Shown: positions 23,019 through 32,450, counted from the first letter of the stretch. The stretch: 64,000 nucleotides of DNA from Alphaproteobacteria bacterium (GCA_965221125.1 CBDCRW010000004.1:800001-864000); one strand, 5' to 3'. The notes: generated by a model from the sequence alone, not told the origin. Numbers and translations: made by a program.

Positions 23019-24707
23019 TCAGCCGTACTTGTAGTCCCGCCGCGCGCCTTCGGGCGTGATCCAGCCTTCGCTCAGGTCCTCGGCGATCATGCCGGGGTCG
23101 CGGTCGGCGGGGTCGCCGTAGCCGCCGGCGCCGGGCGCCACCAGGCGGACGCGGTCCCCCGGCCCGATGGTCGCGTTGGCGAACTTGCTGGGCGAGGTCT
23201 TGCCGAAGGCCTCGGTGAAGGGGCGCCACTCGTTGCTGCCGTCCGCCTGGTAGAAGAGGCCGCCCACAGCCCCCGACCCGCCGCCGAGCAATCCCCAGGG
23301 GCGCTTCTTGTGACGGTCCGAGACCGAGCTCACGGTGATGTCCGTGTCCACGGCGCGCAGCACCTTGGCGAGCGCATGGGCGCCGCGGTAGCGGCCGGGG
23401 CCGGCGGTGTCCGGCTGCAGCGCGTACTCCTCGATCACCCACGGGTAGCGCACCTCGAACACCTCGATGGGCACCATGCGCGAGTTGCCGTTGATGCAGT
23501 TGATGACCTCGTTGCCGTCGGCGAAGGGCCGCCCGCCCCAGGCGGCGCAGGTGAAGTCGTAGCAGACCACGTAGTCGCCGGAGCGCGGGTCCGTCGCGCC
23601 GAAGAGGAAGTTGCTGTGGGTGCCCGCGTCGGTGGCGAACGCGCGCTCCGGCACGCACTGCGCCAGTGCCGCGATGATCGTATACGCGATGCGGATGTGG
23701 GTCTCGGTGTTGCCGCCGACGCAGGTCGCCGGATAGTCCGCGTTCACCATCGAGCCGCCCGGCGCCACGATCTTGATCGGGCGGAAGCAGCCCGAGTTCT
23801 TGGGGATCGAGGGGTCGGTGAGGTGCAGGATCGCGTTGTAGGCCGATGACCACGCCACCGAGAGCACCGCGTTGATCGGCCCCCGCGCCTGCTCGTCCGA
23901 GCCGCCGTAGTCCACCACCACCTCGTCGCCCTGCACGTGGACGTCGACGTGGATCTTGTACGGCCGGTCCTCGATGCCGTCGTCCTCCATGTAGTCCTCG
24001 AAGCTGTAGACCCCGTCGCGGAAGGCCGAGAGCTCGGCCCGCATGCGGGACTCCGCATAGTCCATCAGGTCGTCGGCGGTCTCGCGGAAGGTCTCGGGTC
24101 CGTACTTCTCGATCAGCGCCGTGAGCCTCGCCGCGCCCACGTCGACGGCGCTGATGAGCGCGCGGAAGTCGCCGTAGTTGGCGCGGGGCGTGCGGTAGTT
24201 GGCGAGCATCAGCTTCCACACCTCGACCACGTCCCTTCCGCGCTCCTTGATCTTGACCGGGGGGACGCGCATCCCCTCGTGGAAGATCTCCGTGGCCTCG
24301 CCCGCGAAGCCGCCCGGCACCATGCCGCCCACCTCCGCCACATGGCCGATGGCGACGGCGTAGCCCATCAGCTCGCCCCGGTAGAAGACGGGCTTGATGA
24401 AGGTGTGCTCCGGCGTGTGCATGCCGCCCCGGTAGGGGTCGTTGTGGACGATGACGTCGCCTTCTTCGATCTCGTCGGGCGGGATTTCCTGAGCCGAGGT
24501 CTGGAGGACGAGCGGCAGGCCGCCGATCTGCGAGGGGTTGAACTCGGCGACCCCGATCAGGTCGCCCCGCGTGTTGCCGAGGCCGCAGGTGAAGTCCAGG
24601 CCTTCGTTGAAGATGGTGGAATAGGAGGTCTTCATCATCGTGATGCCCATCTCGCGGCAGATGGACACCATCGTCGAATCGATGATGTTCATGGTGACCA
24701 TGTCCAT
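23019..24707 (-). CDS. Hydantoinase B/oxoprolinase family protein
   Basis: EMG..MMKTSYSTIFNEGLDF, NDPYRGGMHTPE, HVAEVGG, EIFHEG, PGAGGYGDP; start at ATG 24707. Confidence 0.9.
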   Translation of the reverse strand: MDMVTMNIIDSTMVSICREMGITMMKTSYSTIFNEGLDFTCGLGNTRGDLIGVAEFNPSQIGGLPLVLQTSAQEIPPDEIEEGDVIVHNDPYRGGMHTPEHTFIKPVFYRGELMGYAVAIGHVAEVGGMVPGGFAGEATEIFHEGMRVPPVKIKERGRDVVEVWKLMLANYRTPRANYGDFRALISAVDVGAARLTALIEKYGPETFRETADDLMDYAESRMRAELSAFRDGVYSFEDYMEDDGIEDRPYKIHVDVHVQGDEVVVDYGGSDEQARGPINAVLSVAWSSAYNAILHLTDPSIPKNSGCFRPIKIVAPGGSMVNADYPATCVGGNTETHIRIAYTIIAALAQCVPERAFATDAGTHSNFLFGATDPRSGDYVVCYDFTCAAWGGRPFADGNEVINCINGNSRMVPIEVFEVRYPWVIEEYALQPDTAGPGRYRGAHALAKVLRAVDTDITVSSVSDRHKKRPWGLLGGGSGAVGGLFYQADGSNEWRPFTEAFGKTSPSKFANATIGPGDRVRLVAPGAGGYGDPADRDPGMIAEDLSEGWITPEGARRDYKYG

Positions 24708-24980
24708 GGCCGGGACCTCCTCTGCGGCCTCACCCGCGCGCCGGGCGCCGCCACAGTGGCCCACGCCCTTCCGAGCCGCAAGCGGGCGGGCGCGTCGTGC
24801 GGCCTCGAGTCGAATTCAAGGGCCGGAATGCGGTTGACTTTCGATCAACAATGCGCTGGTTGGGGCGAAGCGTCGGATGCCGGCGGTGGCGGTCGCTGAC
24901 TGGAACGCAGAGGAGAGGGGAACAGGGCATCGGAGGCTGTCGACGATTCGGAGTCCGATCCGCCCTGGACCGAGGCAGAC

Positions 24981-25475
24981 ATGCAGACGAAGAGAGAACA
25001 CGACGCAACGCCAGAGATCGGAATTCCGATCACGTTGTTCGACACCGTAATGGAGGACGACGACGGCAACCTGGAAATACCGAACCTGGACATGCTCCTG
25101 GCAACTGTCGCCGTGGCCCGCTCGCTCGCGCCAATCCAGTTGGTGGGGGCGGAACTCCGATTCTTCCGCCATGTTCTGCATCTGACGGGGGCCGAATTCG
25201 CGCGCGCGATCGATCTCAGCGACAAGACCGTCGTTTCGCGCTGGGAGAACGGCAGGACGCGCCCCGGCGGATTCACGGAAAAGGTCATTCGGCAACTCAT
25301 CCTGAACAAGCTGGGCCAGCGTGCGCCGGGCATCGAGATTCCGGAGAACGCGATTCCCGGAATGAGGATTCGCCAGCGCGAGGTTTCGGAGGGTCCGCTG
25401 CCAATGGCTTTCTGCTTCAAGAGCCGTTCGGAAGCGGGCGGCCGGCCCGCAGGTTGCTATGCCGAGGCAGCCTGA
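24981..25475 (+). CDS. XRE-family HTH protein, MqsA/YgiT-like antitoxin
   Basis: LVGAELRFFRHVLHLTGAEFARAIDLSDKTVVSRWENG HTH, preceded by IPNLDMLLATVA as in MqsA-type proteins. Confidence 0.72.
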   Translation: MQTKREHDATPEIGIPITLFDTVMEDDDGNLEIPNLDMLLATVAVARSLAPIQLVGAELRFFRHVLHLTGAEFARAIDLSDKTVVSRWENGRTRPGGFTEKVIRQLILNKLGQRAPGIEIPENAIPGMRIRQREVSEGPLPMAFCFKSRSEAGGRPAGCYAEAA

Positions 25476-25509
25476 CGGATGACCGGGGCTCTGACCGCGA
25501 CTTAGCAGG

Positions 25510-25854
25510 TCAGTCGAAGGGATCAAGGCTCGCCTGCGCCTTGCGCGTGAGCCCAGCGCGCACGATGCGGTAGGAGTCCGCGAGCCGCTTGCGGAGCTCG
25601 TCCTCCGGCAGGTCCCAGGGAATGTTGATCCAGGAGCGGTGGAAGTAGGGCGCCTTGCGGCCGACTCCCATCTCGATCAGCATCTCGGCGGTCTCGACGC
25701 TGTCCGTCTTGATGGAGACGCCCGGCGTCTTCGAGCCGATGCTGGCGAACATCTTGCCGCCCACCTTCCAGGCGTCGTGACCGCCGCCCCAGGGATCCGA
25801 GACCTCGGCGCCGGGGAAGGTCCGGCAGATCGCGTTGACGGTGTCGCGGCTCAT
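25510..25854 (-). CDS. MmcQ/YjbR family DNA-binding protein
   Basis: FPGA..PWGG..WKVGGKMFA, APYFHRSWI, SYRIVRAGLTRK; start at ATG 25854. Confidence 0.88.
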   Translation of the reverse strand: MSRDTVNAICRTFPGAEVSDPWGGGHDAWKVGGKMFASIGSKTPGVSIKTDSVETAEMLIEMGVGRKAPYFHRSWINIPWDLPEDELRKRLADSYRIVRAGLTRKAQASLDPFD

Positions 25855-26076
25855 GCGGCGCCTCGCTCTCGCCCGGCGGATCGGACGAAAATGTCGTCCT
25901 GGCGGGCGGCGCCGATGGTACACGCGGCTCTCGCGCCATGCTCCCCCAATTGAGGGCGGTCGGCTGAACGCATTGCCGCGATGCCGAGGAGGGGTATATT
26001 TCTCCCTGCCGTTGAATGATATGAGTAATATTTCCCCACGAAGCCGGAAATTTACGTCGGCCGTGCCCATTGCGTT

Positions 26077-26105
26077 TCACGATATGCACAATTGGCATAT
26101 CGTGA
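26077..26105. promoter_or_regulatory. Perfect 11-bp inverted repeat, putative operator
   Basis: TCACGATATGC-ACAATTG-GCATATCGTGA in an AT-rich divergent intergenic region, ending 28 bp before the nuclease ATG. Confidence 0.5.
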
Positions 26106-26133
26106 GCCTTCCACGAGCCGCGAGACGAAGGCG

Positions 26134-26580
26134 ATGGCACGCCTTGCAGCCTTGGCGCTGTTGCTCATGGTGGTGTCGATACCCGCGACGGCGGCCGACT
26201 ACGCGTGGCCGGTGGTCCGCGTGGTCGACGGCGACACCGTGGCGGTGGATGCCTCGGCCGACCTGCCGCCCGAGCTGGCCGATCTGCGGGTGCGCCTGCG
26301 CGGCGTCGACACGCCGGAGAAGGGCGGGCGCGCCAAGTGCCCGGATGAGCGCGAGGCCGGGCGGGCGGCGACGGCGTTCACCGAGCAGGCCGTCGCCGGC
26401 GCGTCGACGATCGTGGTGCGCAATCTCGAATGGGGCAAGTGGGGCGGGCGCGTCGTCGCCGACCTCGTGCTCGACGGCCACTCCCTCTCCGAATCGTTGA
26501 TCGCGGCCGGTCACGGGCGGGCCTACGACGGCGGCAAACGCGGGAGCTGGTGCGCGCAGGCTGAGAGCCGGGAGCAGTAG
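26134..26580 (+). CDS. Secreted thermonuclease (SNase) family protein
   Basis: Signal peptide MARLAALALLLMVVSIPATA; VVDGDT, VRLRGVDTPE, KWGGRVVA, LIAAGHGRAYDGGKR. Confidence 0.9.
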   Translation: MARLAALALLLMVVSIPATAADYAWPVVRVVDGDTVAVDASADLPPELADLRVRLRGVDTPEKGGRAKCPDEREAGRAATAFTEQAVAGASTIVVRNLEWGKWGGRVVADLVLDGHSLSESLIAAGHGRAYDGGKRGSWCAQAESREQ

Positions 26581-26676
26581 CGTCCCCGCCCGCGCCATGA
26601 CTCCACGGCGCCTCTCGTTTATCTTCTGCCCCGACCCGCGCGGCGGACGGTCGCCTGGCGCGGAAGGGAGGGACAG

Positions 26677-28089
26677 ATGGAAGGGCAACTCGCAACCAAT
26701 TTGAGCCTGGAGCAGATGGACGTGGAGACCACGCTCCACGCGTTTACCCCGATTCACGAGCATGAGAAGTCCGGCCCGCACATCATCACCAGCGGCGACG
26801 GCATCTACGTCACCGACAACAAGGGCGACACCTACATCGACTCCATGGCCTCGCTCTTCTGCGTCAACGCGGGCTACGGGCGGAAGGAGATCGGCGAGGC
26901 GATCGCCGACCAGGCCCGGAGCTTCCCCTACTTCCACACCATGGCGGGCCATGCCAACGAGCAGCAGATCAGGCTGAGCGACCGCCTCATGGACATCCTG
27001 CCGGACAACATGAGCCGCATCCTCTACGCGAGCTCGGGCTCGGAGGCGAACGACGCCAACGTCAAGCTCGCCTGGATGTACCAGCGCTGCCGCGGCAAGC
27101 CGGAGAAGCGCAAGATCATCGCGCGCAGCATGGGCTATCACGGCGTCACCGGGATCGCGACCAACCTCTCCGGCCTGCCGCTCATGCACGAGGCCTTCGG
27201 CCTGCCGCTGCCGGGCTTCCTGCACACCGACAAGGGCCACTACTACTGGGAGGGCGAGCCCGGCGAGAGCGAGCGCGACTTCTCGAAGCGCATGGCCGCC
27301 GCCCTGGACGAGATGATCGTGAAGGAAGGTCCCGAGACCGTCTGCGCCTTCATCTCCGAGCCCGTGATGGGCGCCGCCGCCTGCGTGGCCCCGGCCGAGG
27401 GCTACTTCGAGGAGATGCAGGCGGTCTGCAAGCGCCACGACGTGCTCTTCATCGCCGACGAGGTGATCACCGGCTTCGGCCGCCTCGGCACCTGGTTCGC
27501 GACCGAGAAGTACGGCCTCGACCCCGACCTGATGACGCTGTCCAAGGGCATCACCAGCGCCTACGTGCCGCTCTCGGCCTCGATCATCTCGGACCGCGTG
27601 TGGGAGGTGCTGCACGAGGGCTCGAAGGACATCCCGATCTTCGCCCACGGGCACACCGCGAGCGCGCATCCGCTCGCCTGCGCCGCCGCCAACGCCAACC
27701 TCGCGCTGATGGAGCAGGAGGACATGGTGGGTAACGCCGCGTCCACCGGCGCCTACTTCAAGCACCAGCTCGAGGAGCGCGTCGGCCCGCATCCGCTGAT
27801 GGGCGAGATCAGGGGCGACGGCCTGATGATCGCGATCGAGCTGGTGGCGAACAAGGCGACCAAGGAAGAGCTCAACCTGGAGTGGGACTGCTCGCACCGG
27901 CTCTTCGACCTCTGCCTGGAGGAGAAGCTGATTACGCGCGGCTTCTTCGGCCACAACTCGACCTCGTTCGCGCCGCCGCTCACGATCACGCCGGCGCAGG
28001 TGGACGACGTGATCGACCGCTTCTCCCGCGGCCTCGACAAGCTCACGGCCGACCTCAAGTCGGAGTACGGCTTCACCCCGCCGGCCTGA
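26677..28089 (+). CDS. Class III aminotransferase (omega-amine/polyamine type)
   Basis: SGSEAND, GYHG, EPVMGA, IADEVITGFGRLG, TLSKGITS (PLP lysine), HGHT. Confidence 0.92.
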   Translation: MEGQLATNLSLEQMDVETTLHAFTPIHEHEKSGPHIITSGDGIYVTDNKGDTYIDSMASLFCVNAGYGRKEIGEAIADQARSFPYFHTMAGHANEQQIRLSDRLMDILPDNMSRILYASSGSEANDANVKLAWMYQRCRGKPEKRKIIARSMGYHGVTGIATNLSGLPLMHEAFGLPLPGFLHTDKGHYYWEGEPGESERDFSKRMAAALDEMIVKEGPETVCAFISEPVMGAAACVAPAEGYFEEMQAVCKRHDVLFIADEVITGFGRLGTWFATEKYGLDPDLMTLSKGITSAYVPLSASIISDRVWEVLHEGSKDIPIFAHGHTASAHPLACAAANANLALMEQEDMVGNAASTGAYFKHQLEERVGPHPLMGEIRGDGLMIAIELVANKATKEELNLEWDCSHRLFDLCLEEKLITRGFFGHNSTSFAPPLTITPAQVDDVIDRFSRGLDKLTADLKSEYGFTPPA

Positions 28090-28209
28090 GCGACGGAGAG
28101 AGCAGGGCGGCCCTCGCGGCCGCCCGTTCTCGCCGGTGCGGAACCGCCGCCCCGGCCGCGGCGCGGTCCGGCATCGCGACGTTGCTTTATTCCGGGATAT
28201 TCCGGCACT

Positions 28210-28431
28210 TCAATTCGCTCCGAAGCGTACTCTTGTCGCTTGAACGATCGGATCCCTGTCCCTCAGCCGGCGATAGACCGCGTATGGATCTCTCGCGACC
28301 TCGTCGAAGGGCGGATGGTAGGTGACACCGCTCTCGAGTCGCCCGCGAGCCAGCAGCACCTGCATGGCGACCGGCTTGAGGAGACCGGCGACAGCCTTCA
28401 GCGCCTTGTTCAGGTTGGGGAGAATTGGCAA
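28210..28431 (-). pseudogene. Truncated cytochrome P450 (N-terminal fragment)
   Basis: ...DPYAVYRRLRDRDPI is a typical bacterial P450 N-terminal motif. The frame ends 11 codons later, and no ExxR or heme-Cys region follows. Confidence 0.6.
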
Positions 28432-28503
28432 GTTTTCTTGCCGTAACCAGAGTGATCGCGGGGATGAGGCGCCATAAGCGCTTGGCCGCGGCCGATCTCG
28501 CCC

Positions 28504-29661
28504 TCAGCCGCCAGCCTCCGGAGCGCCTGCCAGGGACCGTACCAGCCGCACCAGCTCCTCCTGCCGTGAGAACCCGTGCTTGGCGAACACGTGCTTCACG
28601 TGGGAGCGGATGGTGCTCTCCTTGCGGCCCGTCGCCGCCGCGATCTGGCTCACGCTCATGCCCTGGGCCAGCAGCACCGCAACCCGGCTCTCCATCCCCG
28701 TGAGATCGAGGGCTGCCGCGACCACGGCAGGATCGATGGCGGCCCCGTTCGCCGGATCGACGACCAGCACCAGCGCCGCCACCTGCCAAACCGGGAAGTC
28801 CGGCTCCCGGCGGCCCACCGGGCTCACGTGCAGCACCAGCGGAAGCAGGGCGCCCGATCGTCTCACGATCGTCGAGCCGCCGGTCCCCTGCGCCCCGAGA
28901 GGCGGCAAGGCACGGCTGAGCAGCGCCTGCAGGTCGTCGTTGTCACGTGGCGTGCGAGCGAACAGGAGCCCGTCGCTGTCGAGCAGGGCGTCGCCAGTCC
29001 GCAGCACGTCCCGGGCGCGGTCGTTTGCCGCCACGATCCGCCCGCGCGCGTCAAGCTGTAAGATGCCCAGCCGGGTGCGGTCGAGCATCTCCGTCAGCGT
29101 CGCACCCAGGGCATCCGCGCGCGCCAGGGTCTGCTGGACGGTCACGGTCTGGCGGATGTGCGGCAGGAGACGCCGGATCCAGTCGCGTTGCGCGGACGAC
29201 CAGCCCTCCCCATCGACGGGGTCGTTGACCTGCCACACGATGCGCGAACCGTCGGCCCCCTTCAGACGCACGTCGATCGCGTTACCGGCATGGGCAAGGG
29301 TCCGCAGCGCGTTATACGCCTCGGAGGTCTTCCGCTCTTCATCGGTGTAGAGGTCGGTGACATGGAACAACCGGTTGAAAGGGAGGCCCCGCAAGCGGGG
29401 TATCCTTTCGTCCAGGGGATAGAGGGTCTCCAGCCAGAGACGCTCCAGGTCCTGGCGCCTTTCTCCATGATGGTAGATCCACAGGAAGGAGATTCGATAG
29501 TCCTCTTCCGAATCTCCGTCGCCGCTCGCCAGGGTGCTGCCATGCGTGCCGAGGGCTTCGTCAATCAGCGCCGAGGCGCCGAGCCAGCGGGCAGGGTCGA
29601 GTGCCGCCTCGTGCAGCGAGGCGAGGATGCGCTCGAACGCGTTCAGTTCGCTTGTGACCAC
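28504..29661 (-). CDS. LuxR-type HTH transcriptional regulator with PAS-like domain
   Basis: C-terminal LTGMESRVAVLLAQGMSVSQIAAATGRKESTIRSHVKHVFAK; central LDARGRIVAANDRA. Start uncertain (29661 or 29709). Confidence 0.85.
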   Translation of the reverse strand: MVTSELNAFERILASLHEAALDPARWLGASALIDEALGTHGSTLASGDGDSEEDYRISFLWIYHHGERRQDLERLWLETLYPLDERIPRLRGLPFNRLFHVTDLYTDEERKTSEAYNALRTLAHAGNAIDVRLKGADGSRIVWQVNDPVDGEGWSSAQRDWIRRLLPHIRQTVTVQQTLARADALGATLTEMLDRTRLGILQLDARGRIVAANDRARDVLRTGDALLDSDGLLFARTPRDNDDLQALLSRALPPLGAQGTGGSTIVRRSGALLPLVLHVSPVGRREPDFPVWQVAALVLVVDPANGAAIDPAVVAAALDLTGMESRVAVLLAQGMSVSQIAAATGRKESTIRSHVKHVFAKHGFSRQEELVRLVRSLAGAPEAGG

Positions 29662-29829
29662 GGCTTCATCGGCGGGCGCTCCGCAGACCCGACGCCCCTC
29701 GTTTCGCAAGAAGTGCGCTCCCTCGTTGCTGATATCCCCAGCCGCAAATCCGCTGGTTCATGGCAGCGCAACCACTCGCGGCTGCGTTGAGGCCACATGA
29801 ATGGCGAGCTGCCGACATACCGTCACACA

Positions 29830-29889
29830 TCCCCATGTTTGGTGAGGATAATGGACTTGCGGACGTCTGCGCTTCCCCAACATTGGGGA
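29830..29889. promoter_or_regulatory. Two related 16-bp palindromes upstream of the LuxR-type gene
   Basis: TCCCCATGTTTGGTGA (29830-29845) and TCCCCAACATTGGGGA (29874-29889), 44 bp apart. Confidence 0.45.
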
Positions 29890-29973
29890 GACGCGGCGAA
29901 ATTGTCGTTTGCGCGTCCGATGTCATGAGAAGGGCACAGTCGGCCTGCCGCCAATGCGCGACGGGTTACGGGG

Positions 29974-30819
29974 TCAGCGGCTGCGCAGGCGCTCGGAGCG
30001 CCGGCGTAGGAGCTCGATGGTGATGAGGAGGCAGATGGAGACCGCGATCAGCAACGTTGCGACCGCGAGGATCGTGGGGTTGATCTGCTCGCGCAGGCCC
30101 GAGAACATCTGGCGGGGAATGGTGCGCTGGTCCGGCCCGGCGAGGAAGAGCACCAGCACCACCTCGTCGAACGAGGTGACGAAAGCGAAGAGCGCCCCCG
30201 AGATGACGCCTGGCCGGATCAGCGGCAGGACAACCCGGAAGAAGGTGCGGATCGGCCCGGTGCCGAGGCTGATCCCCGCGTTGTAGAGCCCGCGGTCGAA
30301 GCCCGTGAGCGTGGCGGTGACGGTGACGATGACGAAGGGGATGCCGAGCGCCGCGTGGGCGATGATGAGGCCGGGGAAGGTGCCGACGAGCCCGAAGCGC
30401 GTGTAGAAGAAGAACATGCCCGCGGCGATGATGATGAGCGGCACGATCATCGGCGAGAGCAGCAGGGCGGTGATGGTGCGCCTGAACGGCATGTCCGAAC
30501 TGGCGAGGCCGACGGCGGCGACGGTGCCGAGAATCGTCGCCACGATGGTCGCGAAGATGCCGACGATGAAGCTGTTCTGGATCGCCAGCATCCAGTTGGG
30601 CGTCTCCAGGATCGTGACGTACCAGCGCAGCGAATAGGCGCTCGCTTCGAAGGCCAGCATCTCCTCGGTAAAGGTGAAGTAGGGCTGGCTGTTGAAGGAG
30701 AGCGGAATGATGACGAGGATCGGCAGGATCAGAAAGAACAGCACGGCGCCGGCGCAGCCGCGCAGCGCATAGACCCCCAGCTTGTTCCAGATCGTGAAGT
30801 ATTCGGGGAAGCTCGCCAC
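29974..30819 (-). CDS. Polyamine-type ABC transporter permease (PotC-like)
   Basis: IPLSFN, SLRWY, SPMIVP, GALFAFVTSFDEV, QRTIPRQMFSGLRE. Confidence 0.93.
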   Translation of the reverse strand: MASFPEYFTIWNKLGVYALRGCAGAVLFFLILPILVIIPLSFNSQPYFTFTEEMLAFEASAYSLRWYVTILETPNWMLAIQNSFIVGIFATIVATILGTVAAVGLASSDMPFRRTITALLLSPMIVPLIIIAAGMFFFYTRFGLVGTFPGLIIAHAALGIPFVIVTVTATLTGFDRGLYNAGISLGTGPIRTFFRVVLPLIRPGVISGALFAFVTSFDEVVLVLFLAGPDQRTIPRQMFSGLREQINPTILAVATLLIAVSICLLITIELLRRRSERLRSR

Positions 30820-30822
30820 GGC

Positions 30823-32097
30823 TCAGCCGAGCTTGATGTTCTTGGCCCCGACGAGGCGGTCGTAGAGCCAGTAAAGGACGATGATCACGAAGAGGAGGAG
30901 CGTGCCCAGCGCGGCCGCGAGTTCCCAGTTGTTCGACTGCTGCATGTGGAAGGCGATGATGTTCGAGATCATCTGCCCGTCGGTCCCGCCCACCAGCGCG
31001 GGCGTGATGTAGTAGCCGACCGAAATGATGAAGACGAGCAACGCGCCCGCCGATAGCCCCGGAAGAGTCATCGGGAAATAGACCCGGATGAAGGCGGCGA
31101 TGGGCCCGGAACCCAGCGAGAGAGCGGCGCGCATGTAGCTCCGGTCAATGCCCTTCATGACGCTGTAAAGCGGCAGCACCATGAAGGGCAACAAGATGTG
31201 CGTCATCGCCACGATGGTGGCGAACTCCGTGTACATCATCTCGAACGGCTCGTCGGTCAGCCCGATCCCCATGAGGAAGGAATTGACCACGCCGTTCGTC
31301 TGAAGAAGGGCGATCCACGACGTCGTTCTGACCAGGAGCGACGTCCAGAACGGCAGCAGCACGAAGATCAGAAGGATGCCGGCAGCCTTCGCCGGCAGGC
31401 CCGCAATCACGTAGGCGAGGGGATAGCCCAGGACGAGCGTGAGCACGGTGATGATCAGCGCGATCTTCAGCGTCTTGAGATAGAGCTGGATATAGATGCG
31501 TGCTGACTCGCGCTGCTGGATGCCGCCCGACGGGCCTCGTTCGAGGTCGAGCGCCGTCAGGAAGTTCCGTTCGGAGTAGCTGCGGCCGACCTCGCGCACG
31601 GTGGTCCAGAGTGCGGGGTCCGCCCACTTCTTGTTCGCCGCGAGCAGAAGGGCGGCGCCGTCGGCCGCAAGCTCCTCGTCCGCGACGCGGCGCATCTTGC
31701 GGGCGGTCGACTTCACCACGCTTGACGTGCCCGGCAGGCCGCGGTTGAGCTCTTCGGCGAGCTTGCCCGAGGTGCGCTCGTTGGCGAGACGCTTGAGGTC
31801 GACCGCCATGGAGGTCAGCACAGCCTCGCCCGGCACGCCCTCGCCGCTCCAGCCCTGCAGGACCTCCAGCGTGCCGGGGATCAGCTCCACCACGGTCGGA
31901 TTGTGCACGCTGCGGTGCAGCATGGTCGCGACCGGGGCGAAGAAGGCGAAGGCCACAAAGGCCAGCAACGGCAGCACCAGCGCCAGCGCGACCAGGCGCC
32001 GGCGGTTCAGCGCACGGGAGGCGACCCGCGCTTCCTCCCGGGTCAGCCCGCGCGGAGCGTGTGCGGCCGCAGACTGAAGCGCGGTCTTAGCCCGCAT
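30823..32097 (-). CDS. Polyamine-type ABC transporter permease (PotB-like); current start lies inside the MITE terminal repeat
   Basis: LPFWTSLLVRT, HILLPFMVLPLYSVM, RAALSLG, GYYITPALVGG. Confidence 0.92.
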   Translation of the reverse strand: MRAKTALQSAAAHAPRGLTREEARVASRALNRRRLVALALVLPLLAFVAFAFFAPVATMLHRSVHNPTVVELIPGTLEVLQGWSGEGVPGEAVLTSMAVDLKRLANERTSGKLAEELNRGLPGTSSVVKSTARKMRRVADEELAADGAALLLAANKKWADPALWTTVREVGRSYSERNFLTALDLERGPSGGIQQRESARIYIQLYLKTLKIALIITVLTLVLGYPLAYVIAGLPAKAAGILLIFVLLPFWTSLLVRTTSWIALLQTNGVVNSFLMGIGLTDEPFEMMYTEFATIVAMTHILLPFMVLPLYSVMKGIDRSYMRAALSLGSGPIAAFIRVYFPMTLPGLSAGALLVFIISVGYYITPALVGGTDGQMISNIIAFHMQQSNNWELAAALGTLLLFVIIVLYWLYDRLVGAKNIKLG

Positions 32098-32381
32098 TTC
32101 TCACCAAGGCCATGGTCTGCGCGGCGCTGTCCGGCTGACAGGCAAGGAGAGGCGCGCAGCGCGTCGCGCGGTACGCGCGCCTCCGGCGCGATGTGGGACA
32201 TCGGGCAAGCGCATCGACGCAGCGTGTCGGCCGGACAGCGCCGCCCTTCGGGTCGCGCCTAGGCGCCCGCCCGCGGCGTCGCGAGCCTCCACCGTATTCC
32301 CTGATACGCTTTTCGGCCCGCTCCTGGCGGATCGAACGCCTGGACGCGACGCAGGCCGTGGCCTTGGTGAGAAATGCGGGC
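32090..32381. mobile_element. MITE (292 bp, about 31-bp terminal inverted repeats, TA duplication, no transposase)
   Basis: Left GCCCGCATTTCTCACCAAGGCCATGGTCTGCG and right CGCAGGCCGTGGCCTTGGTGAGAAATGCGGGC; TA at 32088-32089 and 32382-32383; internal hairpin GCGGCGCTGTCCGGCTGACA/TGTCGGCCGGACAGCGCCGC. Confidence 0.88.
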
Positions 32382-32450
32382 TAGTCATCGACGTTGGAAG
32401 GCGAGCGACGGCGCCGGGCTTGCAGCCGGCGCCGCCATCCCGCGGTCAGG

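Noticed and set aside
32101-32388. 95-aa ORF as an independent protein-coding gene
   Set aside because: It lies almost entirely in MITE sequence and has low-complexity composition; treated as a by-product or leader ORF of the insertion.
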